The position numbers and the translations under genes were made by a program. The notes beneath the pieces are model-generated. The model was not told where the DNA came from. It saw only the letters and a list, made by a program, of their open reading frames with translations, and ran no database searches. Source: Trichomonas gallinae (lineage: Eukaryota). Taken from it: a DNA stretch of 33,478 nucleotides. Location of the stretch: assembly GCA_008369845.1 (NCBI GenBank), contig MRSU01004599.1, forward strand, positions 1 through 33,478, in the 5' to 3' direction. Shown piece after piece: positions 1-10,433 of the stretch. Each line of letters begins with the position of its first letter. Positions within the stretch are counted from its first letter, which is position 1.

Positions 1-524
1 TCATATAAAATTATATTCTTTGTTAATAATATAATAAACTGTACTATTTATTTTCACCTGAATACTGTATTTTACTTGTATCATGGTCATTTAATATATG
101 TGAAATGGATTTGTTAGATATTATAACCAAGGTAAAATATTATAGTTAAAAAAATTATTCTGAGATTATGGACATTATTACAATGTTAAATGTATGGTGT
201 AAATCATCTTCATTATGGTGATATGTTTAAGAGTTGATTAACTCTTATTAAAGTTGCTACTACTTCCAAAGATTTTTTTTTTTTTTTTTGACTGAACTAT
301 ATTTGCCATGTAAAAATATTTTTATTAAATTCGTCATGTAAAAATTAATTTTTGTCATGTATGTGATCGCTTTTTGGCTTTGTCTGTTTTTTGCATTTTC
401 ATGAGGTTTTCTGGTTCTGTTTTGTCAAAGCGATTTATTGGCTGAAACAAATGAATAACAATGAGCGACCATCAAGAAAATTTTCAAGAAAAAAAAATTC
501 GAATTCAAAAAAAAAAGAAGAAAG

Positions 525-980
525 ATGAAAAAGTCTTCATCTCTTCCAGCTATCATGAACAAAAACGTCGCATTTATCGATAACCCAGTATGCTGGCTCT
601 TCTACATTATGTTATTTGCATTTATTCGCATTCTTATCGCTGGTATCGGTGTCAGCACATCTTTTGCTTGGACCCTCGTCAGCTGGATTCATGGATTAGT
701 CACTATATTCCTTTTCCACTGGATTAAAGGCTCCCCAATCATTGAGGATCACTGCAAATATTCACAGCTTACATGGTGGGAACAGATTGATGACCAGCTT
801 CAGTTCACACGTGCTAGAAAGTTCCTCACAATATGCCCATTTGTGTTATTCTTCCTCGCTGTTGATGCTGGTTCATGGGAATTGGCTTATTTCGCAATGA
901 ACTTGCCAATTCTTGTTATCTGCGTCTTACCAAAGCTCCCATTCATGCATGGTGTTAGACTCTTCGGAATCAACGGATAA
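525..980 (+). CDS. ORMDL: ORMDL/Orm1-family ER membrane regulator of serine palmitoyltransferase
   Basis: 151 aa hydrophobic ORF with family motifs MNKNV..W, FHWIKGSP, LTWWEQIDDQLQFTRARKFL and C-terminal PKLPFMHGVRLFGIN; stop codon lies within TAAA. Confidence 0.95.
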   Translation: MKKSSSLPAIMNKNVAFIDNPVCWLFYIMLFAFIRILIAGIGVSTSFAWTLVSWIHGLVTIFLFHWIKGSPIIEDHCKYSQLTWWEQIDDQLQFTRARKFLTICPFVLFFLAVDAGSWELAYFAMNLPILVICVLPKLPFMHGVRLFGING

Positions 981-1231
981 AAACAAAGTTACTTAGATAT
1001 TGACTAAAGTATACTATTTCCTATTAACACTCATCATATTACGTATTCACAACAAGTCACACAGCAATTCTTCGATATTATTTAATATCAAATTTTTATA
1101 TTTGTGATTAATTTAGCCGGGTATTGATATATACATATTCCATTATAGATTATCGATTTACATCATAAATCTATGAAAATAACAAACTCAAACTAAAATC
1201 GCAAATAGATTTATTAAAACAACAACAAAAA

Positions 1232-3010
1232 TCACTTTGATTCATCATAATTGGCTAAATTAGGTGTAAACTTACTATCAAGACTGTCTGGTGAAGGCAT
1301 CTTGTTCTCATCTGGAGTATCGTTCAACATCTCTTCCATTTCAGCGAGTTGAGATGGATTAGGTGCTGGTCCTCTAAAGTAGGTGAAGAACGGACACTTT
1401 CCTTTAAGTTCAAGCTTTCCAGAACTCTTCTTACATTTTTCTGCAGATACAATAGACTTGAAACAAACGAAACCCATGCCTTTAGATACATGAGTTTCAT
1501 TATCACGCTTAATTCCAACAGATTCTACAGTACCAAACTGTTTGAAAAACACAACTAAATCTTTTTCATTAACATCAGCGCTTAAACCACCAACAAACAA
1601 AGTTCTCCTCCTTGATGGACCCTGTCTTGCTATATATTCTGATGCCATCTTGGATAAACCCGCTTCTAGATGGTATTGCTGCGATAAAATGCTGATTGCA
1701 GTCTGTGCAGTTGTTCCATCAACGAAATTGGCAATGCCAAAGATATATTCGCCATCTTCAAGTATTGAACATCCAGTAAACTGACCAAGTTCTCCGATAA
1801 GTTTGTTGAAAGATTCAGTATCTTGATATTCTTTAGGCAAATTCCTCACCAATATGCCTGTTTCTTCTGTTAGTGGCATAGTTGGATACAATGATGGCAT
1901 CTGCGGCTCTTCTTTTTGTGGTATTTTCTTCTCTTCAACAAATTGCTGAGATGGAGCTGGAGAATGACCAGCATGATACAAATAATCATACTGCTGAGGA
2001 GGAGAATGACCTGTATATTGAATCTGTGGTGGGGATTGTCCAGTGTATTGCATTTGAGGTGCAGATTGTCCTGTATAGCCTGGATATCCAGGAATTGGCA
2101 TATATCCTTGCATATCATACTGATTATAATATCCGGGCTGAGGGTAGTAGCCTGGCTGCTGCTGATATTGGTAAGGATACATATTGTAATCATATGGTTG
2201 TCCAACTTCTATTGGATTCTCATATTGGTGTACCTGTTGCTGCTGATTTTGCCTCATCTGCATCATTTTCACAGCTTTTTCATGCTGTTCACGAGCTTCT
2301 TGATCTAATTTCTTCTGCATGTCAACAAGTGCAGGAGAAGGCAGTGGTAACTGTCCAGCAACAGCTGATAAGTCGATTTGTTCCTGTGTATCTTGTTCAT
2401 TCGCTTCAGATTGTGCTTGATTTTTATCTTCATATCTTGAAGGATCCAATTTGATATTTTTAGAAAATGATGTAACTACTGACTTCGTTGGCGTAATGAT
2501 TTGAATGTCTCCAATTGTTTTTGCTTGAGAATTATATGCTTCTAATGTTATAGGTTTACCGTTGATTAAATATCCATTAAGCTTTGCACGAGCGACTTCT
2601 ATATCAGTCGGATTTCTGTATTGAAGGATCACAAATCCCATTGAGCCCCAATCTGTTGGCATAAATTGGCAAGAAACGATTTCTCCGATTTGTGAGAAAA
2701 ATTGATGTATCTCAACGAGTTCCACGTTGGAATCTATACCGTGTACTATGAGAATTCCCTTCTGTTGCTGGATTATATTTTGAGTTTGTGGATCGTTTTT
2801 GATAATTCTGATTGGAACACCGTTAAATTTCGAAAAATTGAACTGCCTGATTGCATTTTCGGCACTTTCTTGGTTCGCGAAAGTAACAACAGCTTCGAGA
2901 TTATTAACATTTACTTCTAACACATGTCCAGCGCTGCCCATGAAGTTAGCAATAAACGTTGCATCCATTCCAGGCGGAATATCCCTGATAAGGACTTGGA
3001 ATGGCTCCAT
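1232..3010 (-). CDS. Multi-RRM RNA-binding protein (PABP-like RRM1-2, central Q/Y/P-rich low-complexity region, two C-terminal RRMs)
   Basis: RRM-type motifs VLIRDIPP...VTFANQESAENAI...NFSKFNGVPIRI, TLFVGGLS (RNP2) and KGMGFVCF (RNP1). Confidence 0.85.
   Translation of the reverse strand: MEPFQVLIRDIPPGMDATFIANFMGSAGHVLEVNVNNLEAVVTFANQESAENAIRQFNFSKFNGVPIRIIKNDPQTQNIIQQQKGILIVHGIDSNVELVEIHQFFSQIGEIVSCQFMPTDWGSMGFVILQYRNPTDIEVARAKLNGYLINGKPITLEAYNSQAKTIGDIQIITPTKSVVTSFSKNIKLDPSRYEDKNQAQSEANEQDTQEQIDLSAVAGQLPLPSPALVDMQKKLDQEAREQHEKAVKMMQMRQNQQQQVHQYENPIEVGQPYDYNMYPYQYQQQPGYYPQPGYYNQYDMQGYMPIPGYPGYTGQSAPQMQYTGQSPPQIQYTGHSPPQQYDYLYHAGHSPAPSQQFVEEKKIPQKEEPQMPSLYPTMPLTEETGILVRNLPKEYQDTESFNKLIGELGQFTGCSILEDGEYIFGIANFVDGTTAQTAISILSQQYHLEAGLSKMASEYIARQGPSRRRTLFVGGLSADVNEKDLVVFFKQFGTVESVGIKRDNETHVSKGMGFVCFKSIVSAEKCKKSSGKLELKGKCPFFTYFRGPAPNPSQLAEMEEMLNDTPDENKMPSPDSLDSKFTPNLANYDESK
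1952..2077 (-). repeat. Coding tandem repeat with a 30-nt unit, peptide YTG(Q/H)S(A/P)PQxQ, 3 copies plus one degenerate copy
   Basis: Translation reads YTGQSAPQMQ-YTGQSPPQIQ-YTGHSPPQQY-DYL-YHAGHSPAP. Confidence 0.85.
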
Positions 3011-3567
3011 TATATGGAAACCTTATCAGCAGATTCTTTTTTGTAAATTTTTCAAATCGATCAAACCTTTTGAGCTTTTTTGACTTAGAATACGCATCGA
3101 TACTAGCAAATGGGAAGATATTTTAACAAATTAATTCATTTCATTTTAAACCAACCTCTGCAATTTTTTCTTTCGTCAAAATCTGAAAATATATAACAAT
3201 CTAATATAAAAATTTACATAGCATTTTTAAATCTTTTTTCAATTGTGCATCCCCCTGCATTTGTTAATTTATCTAAATAATATTTTAAAATATTATATAG
3301 ATATATTGTTATAATTAGGGTTTGTAAATATGTGAAAATCAAACATAGTTGTTCAATCCATAAACATGATTTCTTTTTATAGATTCATCTGTTATACAAT
3401 GTATCATTGATTTTCATCAATGAAATTTTGAGAAAAAATAAAGAAATCAAATATTCGAAAATGAAATTTGTTAGAAAAGTTCGAAATATGATTAGAAATA
3501 CACTTGTTGTATGTTTGTGTCTCTATTTTTATCCTCCTAATTGCCAGATTTTATTAAAGTTAATCAG

Positions 3568-6500
3568 ATGTCGGACAATTTCATGGCTCACATGGAATTG
3601 TTTCGTCCTGTTGAAGTCAAGACGACTGACTTTAAATTCTTGAGTTCAATAGGAAGCGGTGGCAACGGTGACGTCTTCCAAGCTTTGCATATTCAGACTG
3701 GTGTCGTTTGCGCCTTAAAACAACTAAAATCTCAAACACTTTCTAAATCAGAAGAACATGCGTTTTACAGAGAGGCTAAAGTCATGGTTAAATGCCAAAA
3801 TTTTTTTCTTATTCCTCTTTGGGGCATTTCTTTGGAAAGCCCATACATTATTGCAATGAAACATATCAAAAAAGGATCATTACGTGCAGCAATCCTTCAT
3901 CAGGAAGGAGCTCCAATATTAACACCGACAAACAAGACGATTATCGCTTTCTGCATTGCGAGTGGCATGCAATACCTTCATGATCGCAAAATCATTCATC
4001 GCGATTTGAAAACATTAAATGTTTTATTAGATGGAAAATTATACCCGCATATCTGCGATTTTGGATTAAGCAGAGTGAAATCAGATGAAGCTCAGCTAAT
4101 GACACAAAATATTGGAACGCCAGCATGGATGGCTCCAGAAGTTTACACCGAATCAAATTACACAAACAAAGTTGACGTTTACAGCTACGGAATACTTCTC
4201 TGGGAGCTTCTCACTGACCAGAAAGCTTTCAAGAACTACACCCCAGTGCAACATCTCAGTGCTGTCGTTAAAGGGCACGAAAGACCCAAAATTCCTTCAA
4301 GGTGCCCGGATAAACTCAAAAACTTGATCAATCAATGTTGGCATCATGATCCTAACATTAGACCAACATTCATTGAAGTTATGGACGTAATTCGCAATGG
4401 AAAGGCTTATTTCCCAGACACTGATGTTGACGAGATGCAGAAGTTTTTCGAGTTGTATGATTCCGACTATTTCATCAAAAAAGGAAAAAAGCCGAGTCCA
4501 TTTTTGAAGAGAATCACGAAAGCGCAAAAGGAAGAAATGGAAATTAAAAAGAAAGTAATACAAGATCACAAAGTAGGAGAAGATGGAATACCTTCATTCA
4601 GTGTAACAGAAGCATATCCGAAGAAAATCCAATCGAAATCAAAATCAGCCAAATCAATCAAAAAGCAATCGAACAATTTATTCAAAAACACTTTCTCAAC
4701 GATGAATGATATACCAGAATACTCTCTTCCTCCTCCATCAGATATAGTAGATAACGAAGAATTTGGAGATCATGTAGAAGAAATAGGAGACAGCGATGAC
4801 GAGGATAACTTTGTTTCTAAAAAACTGAGAACAAATCAGGAAGATGATGATTTGAATCTACAAAGATTGATATCATTAGGTACTGTCAAGAAAATACCAA
4901 AGTTTTCTTTATCATCGATGATTTCCCCTGCAGTTTTCTTTGATTCAACATCCGAAAGACCAAGCGAAAGTGAAATTCCCGTTTCACCAGTTTTGGAGAG
5001 TTTGAAGCCGAAATATTTGCTTGGCGATCCAAATGATTATGTCTATGAGAAGAAGGATATACCAAAGCCATCGGTTTTCGTTGATCCAAAGCCGCCTGAA
5101 TATGACGAAAATGGAAATATGAAAAATATTTTCTTAGAAATGGAAAGTCCGAAAATTTTAGGATTCAGATCTATTTACGGTTCCACAAATGTTGACACTT
5201 TACTGGACTACACGCTTCCCACCTTTCAGAACACTTTCTTGAAGACAATGTGGGGATTGAATGAGAAAAATGCAAAAGATTTCTTCTCAGCTGTTTCTTT
5301 GCTGTTTTCACCTCCGATTCCACTTCATATATGCAAAACAACAATGAGCAATGTTCTTCGATGTGTTGAGAATAACCAGACAGCATGGAAGCCATTCGGA
5401 CGCTCTCAAGCTCCAGATAATCTTCCGATACAAACACCATGTCTTTTTTCACTCAGTGCTCGTTTGATTCTTTACACGATTCCTATGAACCCTGGATTCA
5501 TGACAATAGAAAGATGCGAGCAGATTCTTTCGATGGCGAAATACAAAGTTCATCAAGTTCTCAGAATTTTCTCTGTTTACGTTGCAAATCTTAATTTCAT
5601 GGCTGATCCTTTCCCGATTTTAGAGAGATTCTTAGATCAGTCTTTAGTTTTTATTGAGAAAAAATGCGAAATAGAATATTTAAGGATAATATATCATCTT
5701 TTAACAAACAATGTTTTCGCAGAGAAATTCAGCCAGAAATGTTCTGACATTGCTTTGCAATGTTTATATACAACAGATCTGAATGTTGTCAGCACAGTTT
5801 ACAGCTTATTAATTAGCACTAAACTGAAGATCAACATTCCATTTGATATACTTTTGGTTCATATCAAATACCAAGGATCAAGAGAATGTTGTTTATCGTT
5901 GATCGCAAAAAGTGAAAATTTTGCTGTCCAAGATACATTAATTGACCAGATAATATCTTTTGGCAGTAAATGTGAAATTGCTGCTTTACTTTTATCCAAG
6001 CTTGCATCGTCAACAAGTACTGCACAAATGATTGCTAAAAACAACATTTGGATGGAAGAAAACTTTTGCAGCACTGAAAATTGCGTAAGGATTTTCTGCA
6101 CAATCTTCATTAGAGAGCAACATCGTGATGCATTGATAAATAATCCTCACTTCCCTTCTTTCATGGTTAGACTTCTTTCCAGCAATGATAATAGATTTAT
6201 AGGCTTCTGCAACACAATTATATCTGTTGCCCAGATATCTAATGAAGTGATTGATAAACTTTGCAAGAAGAAATTCCTTGAAAAATACATAGAAATGGCT
6301 CTCAGCCTCACAACAAATGAACATCATAAAGTTAGTTTCCTTACAAATTGCAGGAAGATCATAAATTTTGGCTTCTTCGATGAATACAAAGAACTGATCA
6401 AAAAATATTCAGTGTTCTTTGTCGGCGGCAATGAAAATTTGATTAAACCTGCACTTGATCTTCTCGTTGATATGGTGAAGATACCTGAGTACTTTGCCAT

Positions 6501-6597
6501 AGTCAAGCATATAGACCTTATTGATATCGTAAGTCATGAAATCAGTGACCACTGTCAGCAAATTAGAGATTTCGTCATCGACAAAATCATTACATAA
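3568..6597 (+). CDS. TKL-family protein kinase with acidic linker and C-terminal helical (ARM/HEAT-like) region
   Basis: IGSGGNGDV, CALK, HRDLKTLN, ICDFG, GTPAWMAPE, DVYSYG and CW..DP..RP motifs are intact. The ORF track starts at a TTG (3541); the first in-frame ATG is at 3568. Confidence 0.93.
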   Translation: MSDNFMAHMELFRPVEVKTTDFKFLSSIGSGGNGDVFQALHIQTGVVCALKQLKSQTLSKSEEHAFYREAKVMVKCQNFFLIPLWGISLESPYIIAMKHIKKGSLRAAILHQEGAPILTPTNKTIIAFCIASGMQYLHDRKIIHRDLKTLNVLLDGKLYPHICDFGLSRVKSDEAQLMTQNIGTPAWMAPEVYTESNYTNKVDVYSYGILLWELLTDQKAFKNYTPVQHLSAVVKGHERPKIPSRCPDKLKNLINQCWHHDPNIRPTFIEVMDVIRNGKAYFPDTDVDEMQKFFELYDSDYFIKKGKKPSPFLKRITKAQKEEMEIKKKVIQDHKVGEDGIPSFSVTEAYPKKIQSKSKSAKSIKKQSNNLFKNTFSTMNDIPEYSLPPPSDIVDNEEFGDHVEEIGDSDDEDNFVSKKLRTNQEDDDLNLQRLISLGTVKKIPKFSLSSMISPAVFFDSTSERPSESEIPVSPVLESLKPKYLLGDPNDYVYEKKDIPKPSVFVDPKPPEYDENGNMKNIFLEMESPKILGFRSIYGSTNVDTLLDYTLPTFQNTFLKTMWGLNEKNAKDFFSAVSLLFSPPIPLHICKTTMSNVLRCVENNQTAWKPFGRSQAPDNLPIQTPCLFSLSARLILYTIPMNPGFMTIERCEQILSMAKYKVHQVLRIFSVYVANLNFMADPFPILERFLDQSLVFIEKKCEIEYLRIIYHLLTNNVFAEKFSQKCSDIALQCLYTTDLNVVSTVYSLLISTKLKINIPFDILLVHIKYQGSRECCLSLIAKSENFAVQDTLIDQIISFGSKCEIAALLLSKLASSTSTAQMIAKNNIWMEENFCSTENCVRIFCTIFIREQHRDALINNPHFPSFMVRLLSSNDNRFIGFCNTIISVAQISNEVIDKLCKKKFLEKYIEMALSLTTNEHHKVSFLTNCRKIINFGFFDEYKELIKKYSVFFVGGNENLIKPALDLLVDMVKIPEYFAIVKHIDLIDIVSHEISDHCQQIRDFVIDKIIT

Positions 6598-6933
6598 TAG
6601 TTTTATTTGTTTTATAAAATTTAAACTATTCTGTCCTTATATGTAATCAAAACAATCAATGCTCATATCAGCATCAATATTAGTAATAATTACAATAATA
6701 AAATAATAAGTCTAATGGTTCGACAGCATTAAAATCGGCTGCTACATTAGATCGGTCATGATTAGTATTTATTCTGATACAATGTACATCATACAATTAG
6801 CAGAAACATGCTAAAATAAGGAAGCATTATGAAGGAGAATGATAGGTTAGCTTTGCTTTGACAAAAACAAAAAAGAAAAAAAAATTGACAAAAATGTAAA
6901 AAAATGTCATTTTTCTAAAAATGTGACAAAATA

Positions 6934-7383
6934 ATGAACAGCGGGCCTATATCATATGAAGTTATCGATGGACCATCGTTCATCCAGTCTTCTTTGCACA
7001 CACTTCTCAGTATCAACTACTTCGATATCCCTTTATTGATTTATTTCGCGTTTATTTCAGTCTTCGTTTATTCTTTATTCAGATACAGAAACAGCACGTT
7101 CTTTTTAACACTACAGTTCTTCGTTTCTATTACATTTGTGTGCTTTACGGAGAATGTTAACGCATATTTCAACGAAAGATGGCAAGAATTCATGTTTTCA
7201 AACAATTACTTCGACGTTGAATGCATATTTATATTCTTAATGTGGACAATTCCATTTTCAATCATTGCTGTTGCTATTACAATTGGTTTCTTCTTTGATT
7301 TATGCAAATCAATTGCAGTTCATCGCTTTTTCAACACAATTCTCCCGAATAATAACGAACCACCGAAAGCCAAATCAAATTAA
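6934..7383 (+). CDS. TMEM18: Transmembrane protein 18 (TMEM18) family
   Basis: 149 aa with about three hydrophobic segments and the motif E.VN....RWQEF...NYFD..CIFI.L.WTIP typical of TMEM18. Confidence 0.8.
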   Translation: MNSGPISYEVIDGPSFIQSSLHTLLSINYFDIPLLIYFAFISVFVYSLFRYRNSTFFLTLQFFVSITFVCFTENVNAYFNERWQEFMFSNNYFDVECIFIFLMWTIPFSIIAVAITIGFFFDLCKSIAVHRFFNTILPNNNEPPKAKSN

Positions 7384-7466
7384 TTTGTTTGTTGTACTAT
7401 TTTTTTACATTAAAAAAATATTTAAAAATTTTGCTTTTTTATATAAAAAAAATATAGTTTAATTTT

Positions 7467-10433
7467 CTATTGGAATACAACACCATTTTCTGCGTATCTT
7501 TCTTGCATCTTGAGGAAAGATTCTTTGATAATATTTTCAAGAGGCTCAATTGCTCTTGGGATCCATCCAGGCCTTAACTGACCAATCTCTGTGAGCGAAA
7601 CAGCGATGAACAAGCTCAAGTTCGTGTTTTCTGGAATTTCGCCTTCAATAATAACTGGCTTTTCGACACTTGTCAATCTAGAGAAAGTAGTATCGAATTG
7701 TTTGGCGGACTCTTCGTCTTCTTTGGTAGCCATGATCTCTTCTTTGATAGTATCAACTGGTCTTTCGATCATTCTAATGAGGCCGCAGAGAATCATGCTC
7801 CACTGCTCTATCGTTGCTACTGAGCAGTTCCTCAAAAAGTTGATCGCGCCTGCTGTAACGCGATCCATATCCTTCTTGCTGCTGCCGACGTACTGAATGT
7901 CATTGCCCCACTCCTTGTATGTGAGATCGATCTTGTCTGACGGGATGCACTGGACGAATGCATCTGCACCCATCAAAGTGACGCAGTAGCACATGAAGAT
8001 TGCAAATGTGCGTCTGTACTTAGGCATCGACTCGCTAAAGTTGCCGATGATGATGTTCAAGATCTCTGTGACCATAGCTGGTGGCCTGTCGAATATCGAG
8101 ATCAAAGTGGAAAGAATGTTGAATGATGGAGCCATTGTGACATATTTTGTCAGCAGGAAGCTGCACCTCTCCATTATTACACCAGCAGCCTCAAGGACCA
8201 TTTGTGGGTACGCCCTGGAATAAGCTGCGATGGCGATCTGAAGAGCTGGAATATTACCTGCTGGAAGCCACATGTTTTCTGCCATGATCTTGTTGAACAT
8301 TTCCACGTAGTAAGGGTTGAGCTCGTGGCCCTCTGTGTGAGCGTTGATGAGGGCAGCAAGCATCTGTATAGCGTATGGTATAAAGTCGTAGAACTCCTGG
8401 TCGATAATTTCGATCAAAAGATCCATTACTGGCTTCTCAACTTGAGCGAGAGGAGCTCCTGAGTAGATCAACAATGCGGCGATGATGTCCCACATGTTGT
8501 GGACGAACTCTGGGTCGCTTGGGTTCTTGAGTTCCTCCCTGAGGATGCGGATGATCCTCTGGATCATATCGGCGGACTTGGATGTCAAAGCTGAAGCAGC
8601 GACGGTTGTGATTCTGACTAAAACTCTCCCGATGTATGGGCATGGCTGGTTATCCATCTTCAGGACTCTCATGAGTGGATCTATAATAGAAACAACATTC
8701 TGTGATACTAAGAAGTCTGAGTCAATCTGCAAAGTCTTTGATGCACAAAGGCGTTCAATCAAATAGGCACCATATAATATTGCTGTTGGGCTCTGGCTTC
8801 CCAATAATGCGAAGAATGTTGGGAAATGCTTAGCTGTGATGTTGACCGCATCAATAACACTGCGGAATTCAACGTAGAATTTGATAGCATCTGCCTGCAA
8901 GATAGGGTATGGGAAATTTGGAGCAAGACATGGGATGATAAATTGTTCAACGAATTCGGAAAGTGGGAATTCTTCGTTATAATCAACAACACCTTCGCGG
9001 AAGTTTGTCTTTGTTGGGATAAGGATGCCTGTGAAGAAGATGATTTGATCAACTCTGTCCCATTCCTCGAAAGAAGGAAGATTTGATGGATTATATATTT
9101 CATTAACATAAATTTCTTGGAGTTGCTCACCATAGAACTTGTTGAGTGTCTTCATTAAGTTGTAGGCAGCCTTTCTTGGGGTTTCAATTTGCATATCCAT
9201 GCCTGTAATATCATCATTGAAATATTTAAGTGGTTCTGTTTGAATTGTTTCAACCATTTCTTGTGTAACTCCTAAGAATTGCGCAACAATGTCGAAGATT
9301 GAACGGAATTCATATAATTCCATAAATTCTGTTCTGATTGTTTGTTGCTTGACGATATCTGTGACAACTTTGAAGCCTGCGACGATTGTTTGATTGCTGA
9401 GTGGTTCTATATCTGTTTCTTCATCTGTATTGAGGAGTTGACCTTGCTTAAATAACATTTGAATGATCTGGTAAAGAAGATTATACCATGTTTGCTTGAA
9501 TTCGGCTTCATTTTCTTCTGTAAACTCTATATTCTGGCTACGTCTGTTTTCTGCGTATCTTGCAATCTTATCTGGATATCTAAGCGTGAAATTCTTCGTA
9601 ATTTCGCAGATCTGCATCTTGAGATCGTTGTTTTTAGGTGAATCGATATCAGCCTCAACGAGGATGCCTAATAACTGAAATGTTGCTTGAAGATTATCAA
9701 GGAATTGTGTTGGAAGCTCTGGCTTCATAAGACAACTGTATAACTTAAATGTTGTGCAGATAAGTTCGACGAAAATTGGATTTACGTTTTCTGTTGTGAA
9801 AATGTCGTTAGCAATAAATAACATAAGATTTATAACGATTTCGATCCAAGTATCAGCGTATCTTTGGATTTTGTCATCATTTCTATCAGAATCTTCGAAA
9901 TTATGGAAAACTTCGTAGACAACAAGAAGCATTGCATTAATAGTTGGAATTAACTCTAAAGGAACTGCTTCTGCTGTTATATGCATGCATAATTCTTGGA
10001 ATTGGTCGTTAAAATCGGCCCATTTATGTGGGAAATCGTTTTGAGAAATAATTCCAATCGTTGTGATTAACAAATTGTTAGTAGTTTCTGATTGATTTAC
10101 GTAGTTTTGTAAAATGAGATTAAGTAGAGCGTGATGAATTTCATCTTTGTTGCTAAATAACTGATCATTTTGCCAATAATTTTTAATTGTATTTTTCAAT
10201 TGAGTCATAATGATATTTCCTAGTGTTTGCTCTAATGGGTTATTCAAAAATATTTGAATGAGAATCTCTGCATAACCCGGGGCCTGCTGGAAAGAGACCA
10301 ATTGATTCGTAACTTCAGCAATCTGATCGTTAAAGCCCTTCATCTCTTCTTGAGACAATTCCCCAGCAGGTTGGGATGTAAACAAGCCAATATATCGCTG
10401 CAGACACTGAACAACAGACCCAGCGTCAGCCAT
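7467..10433 (-). CDS. CSE1: Exportin-2 / Cse1 (CAS), importin-beta family
   Basis: IBN_N-like LKNTIKNYW and DFPHKW, plus Cse1-like motifs TPRKAAYNLM, LQADAIKFYVEFR, YGAYLIERL, KNPSDPEFVH, DFIPYAIQML, W..AGNIPAL and FSRL. Confidence 0.88.
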   Translation of the reverse strand: MADAGSVVQCLQRYIGLFTSQPAGELSQEEMKGFNDQIAEVTNQLVSFQQAPGYAEILIQIFLNNPLEQTLGNIIMTQLKNTIKNYWQNDQLFSNKDEIHHALLNLILQNYVNQSETTNNLLITTIGIISQNDFPHKWADFNDQFQELCMHITAEAVPLELIPTINAMLLVVYEVFHNFEDSDRNDDKIQRYADTWIEIVINLMLFIANDIFTTENVNPIFVELICTTFKLYSCLMKPELPTQFLDNLQATFQLLGILVEADIDSPKNNDLKMQICEITKNFTLRYPDKIARYAENRRSQNIEFTEENEAEFKQTWYNLLYQIIQMLFKQGQLLNTDEETDIEPLSNQTIVAGFKVVTDIVKQQTIRTEFMELYEFRSIFDIVAQFLGVTQEMVETIQTEPLKYFNDDITGMDMQIETPRKAAYNLMKTLNKFYGEQLQEIYVNEIYNPSNLPSFEEWDRVDQIIFFTGILIPTKTNFREGVVDYNEEFPLSEFVEQFIIPCLAPNFPYPILQADAIKFYVEFRSVIDAVNITAKHFPTFFALLGSQSPTAILYGAYLIERLCASKTLQIDSDFLVSQNVVSIIDPLMRVLKMDNQPCPYIGRVLVRITTVAASALTSKSADMIQRIIRILREELKNPSDPEFVHNMWDIIAALLIYSGAPLAQVEKPVMDLLIEIIDQEFYDFIPYAIQMLAALINAHTEGHELNPYYVEMFNKIMAENMWLPAGNIPALQIAIAAYSRAYPQMVLEAAGVIMERCSFLLTKYVTMAPSFNILSTLISIFDRPPAMVTEILNIIIGNFSESMPKYRRTFAIFMCYCVTLMGADAFVQCIPSDKIDLTYKEWGNDIQYVGSSKKDMDRVTAGAINFLRNCSVATIEQWSMILCGLIRMIERPVDTIKEEIMATKEDEESAKQFDTTFSRLTSVEKPVIIEGEIPENTNLSLFIAVSLTEIGQLRPGWIPRAIEPLENIIKESFLKMQERYAENGVVFQ

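Noticed and set aside
451..524. Upstream ATGs before ORMDL that could extend the protein if an A-run were miscalled
   Set aside because: The ORMDL ORF already has full family length; there is no evidence of a sequencing error
1002..1063. Possible intron 3' end (...CACACAG) downstream of ORMDL
   Set aside because: Lacks the trichomonad ACTAAC branch point fused to the 3' splice site and lies after the stop codon; no convincing intron was seen in the window
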